A model generated the notes under the pieces. That model was not told the DNA's origin and ran no database searches. It saw only the letters and a list, made by a program, of their open reading frames with translations. A program made the translations under genes and the position numbers. From Bacteroidota bacterium (lineage in GTDB: Bacteria; Bacteroidota; Bacteroidia; Bacteroidales; JAAUTT01), in the NCBI GenBank assembly GCA_030706405.1, contig JAUZOO010000004.1, forward strand, positions 246,765 through 310,764: a stretch of 64,000 nt of DNA, given 5' to 3'. This document shows, piece by piece, positions 58,688 through 64,000 of the stretch. Each line of letters opens with the position of its first letter. The first letter of the stretch is position 1.

Positions 58688-59920
58688 TTATTCGAGGTTA
58701 TGTTCTTTTATTTTTCGGTACAGCGTTCTTTCCGAGATTCCGAGTTCGTTGGCCGCGAGTTTACGTTTCCCCGCATGTTTATCGAGGGCTTTTTTTATCA
58801 GTTCAACTTCTTTGTCGGTGAGGGATAGCGATTCTTCAAAAACTTCTTCGGTATCCTGTATCGTTACAGCCTCGGGCCGTTTTATTTCGATGGTCTTCGA
58901 ATTTGCTTTGGGCGCTACTATCGGATTATTGTTATTGCCGTAAAGTTTTTCGATAATTTCAGCATGGTCCTCATGGATTTCGGTATTGTCCATGCCTTTT
59001 TGCATGAGGTCGTGAACTAACTTTTTAAGGTCGTTCATATCATTCTTCATGTCGAACAGAATCTTATAAAGGATTTCGCGTTCCGACGAGAAGCTTTTTT
59101 GTTCCTCCGGATTGAATATTGCCGGCAGTTTTACCGGGTTGTAATCCGGCAGGTATTTAGTTAATGTTACAGAGTTAATGTTACGGTTGGTTTCGATTAC
59201 CGAAATCTGCTCTGCAATATTTTTTAACTGACGGATATTACCCGGCCATTCGTACGAACTTAGCATGTGCAGTGCTTCGTCGTCGAGCTGAATGGGCGGC
59301 ATGCGGTATTTTTCGGCAAAGTCGAGCGCAAATTTGCGAAACAGCAGGCTGATGTCTTCAGACCTGTCGCGTAATGGCGGAATAAAGATTGGTACGGTGT
59401 TAAGTCGATAGTATAAATCTTCGCGAAATTTGCCGTTTTGAATGGCTTTTTCAACATTTACGTTGGTGGCGGCAATAACCCGCACGTTCGTTTTCTGCAC
59501 TTTTGAAGAACCCACGCGGATAAATTCGCCGGTTTCGAGCACACGCAACAAGCGTACCTGAGTGGCCAATGGAAGGTCGGCAACTTCGTCGAGAAAGATT
59601 GTCCCGCCGCTGGCTACTTCAAAATAACCTTTCCGGCTTTCAGACGCACCGGTAAACGAACCTTTCTCGTGTCCAAAAAGTTCGGAGTCGATGGTGCCCT
59701 CGGGAATAGCCCCGCAGTTTACGGCAATATACGAACCGTGTTTGCGCGAACTAAACTGGTGAATAATTTGTGGAAACACTTCTTTCCCTACGCCGCTTTC
59801 GCCGGTTATCAGCACCGACAAATCGGTAGGAGCAACCTGTACGGCTATGTCAATTGCCCGGTTCAACCCAAAAGCATTGCCTATAATGCCAAACCGTTGC
59901 TTAACTTTTTGTACTTCCAT
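58688..59920 (-). CDS. Sigma-54 interaction domain transcriptional activator (AAA+ plus Fis-type HTH, no N-terminal sensor domain)
   Basis: 410 aa. Has Walker A GESGVGKE, the GAFTGA-type loop EKGSFTGA, Walker B TIFLDEV, and a C-terminal HTH (LAANELGISERTLYRKIKEH). The AAA+ core begins within ~10 aa of the N-terminus. Confidence 0.88.
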   Translation of the reverse strand: MEVQKVKQRFGIIGNAFGLNRAIDIAVQVAPTDLSVLITGESGVGKEVFPQIIHQFSSRKHGSYIAVNCGAIPEGTIDSELFGHEKGSFTGASESRKGYFEVASGGTIFLDEVADLPLATQVRLLRVLETGEFIRVGSSKVQKTNVRVIAATNVNVEKAIQNGKFREDLYYRLNTVPIFIPPLRDRSEDISLLFRKFALDFAEKYRMPPIQLDDEALHMLSSYEWPGNIRQLKNIAEQISVIETNRNINSVTLTKYLPDYNPVKLPAIFNPEEQKSFSSEREILYKILFDMKNDMNDLKKLVHDLMQKGMDNTEIHEDHAEIIEKLYGNNNNPIVAPKANSKTIEIKRPEAVTIQDTEEVFEESLSLTDKEVELIKKALDKHAGKRKLAANELGISERTLYRKIKEHNLE

Positions 59921-60070
59921 TTTCGCAGTATCCGGAAATTTTAATTAAAATGTATGACAAAAATACAATTTATAGACTGACAAAATTGCAAACCTGTAGA
60001 TTTTTTAACGTTTTTATCCGTTACGAAATTTACTCCGCGGCCTTCGTTTGTATTGTCTTTAGGTATAATA

Positions 60071-60267
60071 TCCCTTTACGGGGAAGTATCGCCTGACTTT
60101 CCGAGAACGTCTCCCAAGGTTGGGAAACCTCGCCCGGTTTTTTTGTTGCCACATCCCACACTTGGGATATGCCGCCTGATTTTTTTCTTGACGATCCACC
60201 ATGAGGGAAACCTTGCCTGACTTTTTTTAGATGCTCCACCACCGTGGAGGCCCTGCCTGACTTTTTT
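60071..60267. repeat. Tandem array of at least 5 units of ~41 bp: short hairpin, then GCCTGA core, then a T5-7 run
   Basis: GCCTGA/GCCCGG cores lie at 60091, 60132, 60174, 60215 and 60255, giving spacings of 41, 42, 41 and 40 bp. Hairpins are tcccaaggttggga (60112-125), atcccacacttgggat (60153-168) and ctccaccaccgtggag (60234-249), with weaker ones at 60071-084 and 60195-208. Confidence 0.85.
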
Positions 60268-60396
60268 GACGCCGACTTTACGGTTGGAGACGACTCATTT
60301 TTAAATTATAGCTCGTACTAAACGGTTTGTCTATTTTTATCATAACAGATAAAACACTTTTGTCTATTTTTGGACTCTAAACAAACTATTTCTGTC

Positions 60397-61152
60397 ATGC
60401 TCAAATTCGCAGGAATCATCCCAGCCCGCTATGCCTCCACCCGGTTTCCGGGCAAACCGTTGGTTGAAATCAATGGTAAAACCATGATTCATCGGGTATA
60501 TCTTCAAGCAACCAAAGTTCTTGAACATGTTTGTGTGGCTACCGACGATGCCCGCATCGAAAAAGAAGTAAAGCGCTTTGGCGGCAGGGTTGTAATGACC
60601 TCACCTAACCATCAGAGCGGCACCGACCGTTGTGCCGAGGCGGCAGCTAACCTTCGGAAGGAATTGGGGATCAATTTCGATGTAATTATTAACATACAGG
60701 GCGACGAGCCATTTATTCAGCCCGAGCAGCTTCGAAAGCTAATGTCGTGCTTCAACAATCCCGAAACGCAGATTGCCACGCTTGTAAAACCGCTTCATAA
60801 TATCGACGACATACTCAACCCTAATCACGTAAAGGTGGTGCTGAACAAAGATAACCGGGCGATGTATTTCAGCCGCTCGCCGATTCCGTATATCCGCGGA
60901 AAAGAAACAGCTTCGTGGGCAGATTGCCATCAGTATTTTAAACACCTCGGCATTTATGCTTACCGCACCGAAGTGCTCAACGATGTTACCCGGTTAAGCC
61001 AAAGCAGCCTCGAAATTGCCGAATCGCTCGAACAACTTCGATGGCTCGAAAACGGCCTCTGCATTGCTGTTGAAAAAACCGATTTCGAAAGTGTCGCCAT
61101 CGACACTCCTGAAGATTTGGAAAAATTGAAAGGAATTGAGTTTGTCGATTAA
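60397..61152 (+). CDS. kdsB: 3-deoxy-manno-octulosonate cytidylyltransferase (CMP-Kdo synthetase)
   Basis: Start taken at the ATG at 60397 (MLKFAGIIPARYASTRFPGKPL); the track ORF begins at an upstream TTG. Has the motif NIQGDEPFI. Confidence 0.9.
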   Translation: MLKFAGIIPARYASTRFPGKPLVEINGKTMIHRVYLQATKVLEHVCVATDDARIEKEVKRFGGRVVMTSPNHQSGTDRCAEAAANLRKELGINFDVIINIQGDEPFIQPEQLRKLMSCFNNPETQIATLVKPLHNIDDILNPNHVKVVLNKDNRAMYFSRSPIPYIRGKETASWADCHQYFKHLGIYAYRTEVLNDVTRLSQSSLEIAESLEQLRWLENGLCIAVEKTDFESVAIDTPEDLEKLKGIEFVD

Positions 61153-61167
61153 TAACTGTTTGCCGCA

Positions 61168-61203
61168 AAAATAGCCATTGAGAATTGCACTCAATGGCTA
61201 TTT
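61168..61203. terminator. Bidirectional terminator between kdsB and the OMP gene
   Basis: Stem aaatagccattgag/ctcaatggctattt with a 7-nt loop. Confidence 0.75.
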
Positions 61204-61229
61204 CGTTTTATCAGAGTGGCGAGTTGCTT

Positions 61230-63668
61230 TTACATGATACCTTTTTTAGAAGCAGATTCAGTTTCAGTATCTGAGTCGCGCTGACGATCCAGCTTCTTAC
61301 CTTCCTTCCCGCTGTTGAAATTAAAGGTTAACCGTACATTTAAGATGCGGTCGTAGTTTATCCACCCATTTTGGGTTTGAATAACATTGTTGGTGATAAC
61401 TGAAGTCCTTTGAAATGTATATTTCGACAACCATGGATTAAGTACATAAGCCGTAATATTCACCTTTTTAGTGATGGGTTTATAGAATCCGGTTACAAAG
61501 TCGAAGTTACGTTCGGTTTTGGTCTGGTGGTTTATATCGGGAGCGTTGTAGTTATACTGAACAAATACTACCCATTCTTTAGGCAGAATAAACTGCGACG
61601 AAAGGTTTAATCTCCACGAGGTGCGGTTTGAAGCTTCAATGCCATAATCGGGATCTGCTTTTGTTTCGCGTTTAAAATAGGTGTACGAAGGGTTGATCGT
61701 CCACCATTTGGCAAAGGCAAGTGTTCCGGAGAGGGTAACCCCGTATTCGAGTTCGCGGCTAACATTGAGGTATTTTTGAACTAAAGTGCCATTATCCGTT
61801 AAATTGACCTGCTGTATACCTTCGGTGATAAAGCTCACGTACGGGCGATAGCTTACATACATTGGGCCCATCAGCTGGATACGGTGTGTAAACTCGAGCT
61901 TATTGATATAGGCCGGGGTCAAATCCTTATTACCTATCGTGGCATTAAAATTATCCTGCTTTACATTAAAGGGGCTTACCTGACTCATGCCCGGACGCTG
62001 TACGGAGCGACGGTAATTAAACCGCAGGGTTTGTTTTTGCCCGAGTTTATATTGTATCGAAGCAAAAGGCAGGAAGCTCGAATAGCTACTGTTGCTTTTC
62101 CCGTTATGCGAGATGTTAAGATCCGAAAATTCATACCGCAAACCCGACTGGAGGTTTAGCTTACCAACCGTCCAGGCGATGTTCCCATAAATGCTGTGAC
62201 GGTCTTCATTGTAATGAATATCGTCCGAAGTTTTGGACACATTTTCGTCGAACGTGTTGTGTATGCGGCTAAAGTTGAGATTGTAGCCACCCGAAGCTTT
62301 AAGTTTATCGGTAAAGGGATGGGTATAGTCGGCTTTAAATGAAAACTGACGGCGGCTATTGTTGGTTCCCTGTTCTCTCTTGTTTAAGCTTGAATAAATA
62401 TAAGCCTGAGTAAACGTAGAATCGTTATAGTTGGCGAGACTTTCCGAATTATTAATGCCATAATAACTTTCGAGGGTCAGTTCCTGATCCTTCTTTGCAA
62501 ATTTATGCTTGTAGAAAAGCGAATAGTCGTTGTTCCAATTTTTGCTGTCTTCGCTCGAAATAGTATGAGAATATGGTGTTGCGGTAGGCGAGGGAAGAAA
62601 TGTGTTTAAAGAATTGAGTTCGTCGTTATTCTTCATTTTGGGGCGAACCGAACTATAGAAGTTAAGCATATCATTATCGCTTAAAAACCAGTCGGCTCCA
62701 TAGTTAAAGCCGCCCCACTGATTGTCCGATTTCCCATTCTGGTGTTGGGTAAGGGAGTCAATTTTCAGTCCGTTAACAAGATCCTCACGAAACACTTCAT
62801 TGTTTATACTCCATTTGCTCATGCCATAGTAGCCCGAAACGAAGAACCTGAATTTCTTAACATAATAGTCGATACTGGCATTGTCGTTGAAAAAAAAGTT
62901 GTTCGATACTGTGGGAGATTCGAGACTTATGCGACCGCTGATTCCGCGTTCAATGTTCTTTTTCATGATGATATTGATGACGGCATCCACATCGGCATCG
63001 TATTTCACGCCGGGATTGGTAATAACCTCAATCTTATCGATAAGGTTCGGGTTTATCTGTTGGAGATAAGATTGGTCCACGCGTTTGCCATTAACCTGAA
63101 ACAGGATATTGTTACTGCCCGCCAGAGTTACTGCATTAGTCCGGTAATCGACGGTAATTTCGGGCAACTGACGTAATAGGTCGAGTCCTGACTGGGCTAT
63201 AGCTGCCGATTTTTCTTTAATGGTGTAAATGGTTTTGTCGTCATCCATTTGCCCGGTAATTTTATAGGCTGTAACGCTGGCTTCTTTAAGCATTGTCGAT
63301 GCAGGAATCAGATTTGTAGTGCCAAAAGTTACGTTTGGCTTCAATAGCGAAACCTGAACATCGGAGATCATTTGTTTTTGATAGCTCATACCTGAGATGC
63401 GGAGTGCATAACGCCCATATCCAATGTTGCTCAGAATGTATTTCCCGTTAATATCAGTGAGGCTTGTTGCCAAAACTGTGGAGTCTTTTTCGCGCAGGAG
63501 TTCCACCCTAGCAGCCGGAATGGCTTTATACGTTTCGGCATCGGTTACCGTGCCTTCAATTTTGCCGGTATTCGCAGCATTCACCGGTATGCCGAGCAAT
63601 AGCATACATCCGAATGCCGATCCGGTAAACCATTTTTTACAATTGATGATTAAGCTTAAAGATTTCAT
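61230..63668 (-). CDS. Outer-membrane beta-barrel family protein / TonB-dependent receptor-like (CarboxypepD_reg N-terminus)
   Basis: 812 aa with a signal peptide. Has the N-terminus GKIEGTVTDAETYKAIPAARVEL, a plug-like region, and a long region of alternating beta-strand pattern ending in an aromatic-rich barrel. Confidence 0.75.
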   Translation of the reverse strand: MKSLSLIINCKKWFTGSAFGCMLLLGIPVNAANTGKIEGTVTDAETYKAIPAARVELLREKDSTVLATSLTDINGKYILSNIGYGRYALRISGMSYQKQMISDVQVSLLKPNVTFGTTNLIPASTMLKEASVTAYKITGQMDDDKTIYTIKEKSAAIAQSGLDLLRQLPEITVDYRTNAVTLAGSNNILFQVNGKRVDQSYLQQINPNLIDKIEVITNPGVKYDADVDAVINIIMKKNIERGISGRISLESPTVSNNFFFNDNASIDYYVKKFRFFVSGYYGMSKWSINNEVFREDLVNGLKIDSLTQHQNGKSDNQWGGFNYGADWFLSDNDMLNFYSSVRPKMKNNDELNSLNTFLPSPTATPYSHTISSEDSKNWNNDYSLFYKHKFAKKDQELTLESYYGINNSESLANYNDSTFTQAYIYSSLNKREQGTNNSRRQFSFKADYTHPFTDKLKASGGYNLNFSRIHNTFDENVSKTSDDIHYNEDRHSIYGNIAWTVGKLNLQSGLRYEFSDLNISHNGKSNSSYSSFLPFASIQYKLGQKQTLRFNYRRSVQRPGMSQVSPFNVKQDNFNATIGNKDLTPAYINKLEFTHRIQLMGPMYVSYRPYVSFITEGIQQVNLTDNGTLVQKYLNVSRELEYGVTLSGTLAFAKWWTINPSYTYFKRETKADPDYGIEASNRTSWRLNLSSQFILPKEWVVFVQYNYNAPDINHQTKTERNFDFVTGFYKPITKKVNITAYVLNPWLSKYTFQRTSVITNNVIQTQNGWINYDRILNVRLTFNFNSGKEGKKLDRQRDSDTETESASKKGIM

Positions 63669-64000
63669 TTTTGATTTGTTTGAAATTTATCTGTTTTTAT
63701 ATTAGTGTACTATTGTAATAATACACTGCAAATGTAAATTTAAAATTTTAACGACAAATACTTTTAAAAAAAATATTACCCATATTAAATTTTTCATCCG
63801 GGCCATCACAACATAGACTATGTTTAACCGAAAGCTAAATTACAAAACGCATTTTTCAATAAAATCTTTTTCCGGCCAATCCCCTATTTCGGAAGATGAA
63901 TGCCTAAAAAAAGAGTGCAAAATGTACAGCCTCACGATTGGCAGTTATGACGAATCAGCCATGAATTAGTTACACGTCCTCTAAATATTTTGAAGTAACT

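Noticed and set aside
60030-60242. 70-aa minus-strand ORF (MVEHLKKVRQGFPHGG...)
   Set aside because: It coincides exactly with the ~41-bp repeat array. The repeat period (40-42 bp) is not a multiple of 3, so the peptide repeats are not frame-conserved. The KK runs simply reflect A-tracts.
60071-60267. Possible CRISPR array
   Set aside because: The period of about 41 bp is far shorter than a repeat-plus-spacer unit. The conserved part is only about 13-20 nt. No cas genes are present in the window.
63669-64000. Cobalamin riboswitch upstream of the 812-aa OMP gene, and a 49-codon plus-strand ORF (63820-63969)
   Set aside because: No B12-box-like GCCACTG element was seen. The small ORF has no recognisable motif, lies at the window edge and falls below any reasonable confidence threshold.

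Overview
This 64-kb window looks like ordinary chromosome from a Bacteroidota (Bacteroidia-type) genome. That origin is inferred from a SusC/SusD plus hybrid two-component-system locus, a T9SS C-terminal sorting domain, a type III glutamine synthetase, a Bacteroides-type HU-related protein and several TAnnTTTG -7 promoter boxes. I call 48 protein genes, mostly on the minus strand, and one tRNA-Phe. Most are housekeeping: purF, pnp, rpsO, pyrF, prfA, purM, glnA-III, groES/groEL, secG, lptE-like, kdsB, lpxH, tatA and tonB. I saw no transposase, integrase, CRISPR array, rRNA or recognisable multi-gene defence cluster. All family assignments come from reading motifs by eye; no searches were run. 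No single feature is clearly a new system. The main leads are listed below.
1. An array of about 41-bp tandem units, each with a short hairpin, a GCCTGA core and a T-run, lies between the sigma-54 activator gene and kdsB (60033-60300).
2. An AT-rich two-gene islet carries an orphan RES-domain toxin-family gene behind a YdeI-like gene, with no canonical antitoxin (4603-6587).
3. Five 22-bp-phased repeats sit downstream of the HU-like gene (7001-7110).
4. A CarH/LitR-type B12-binding MerR regulator is paired with an ECF sigma factor, with no carotenoid genes nearby.
5. An AraC regulator carries an N-terminal HMA-like MxCxxC domain directly in front of copA-copZ.
6. crcB is translationally coupled to a DUF1697 gene and has no visible fluoride riboswitch.
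7. A TlpA-like thioredoxin-fold lipoprotein has its CXXC motif replaced by DKPS.
8. A minimal PUL has no glycoside hydrolase.
9. A cluster of 10-mer direct repeats precedes an orphan terminator (53093-53286).
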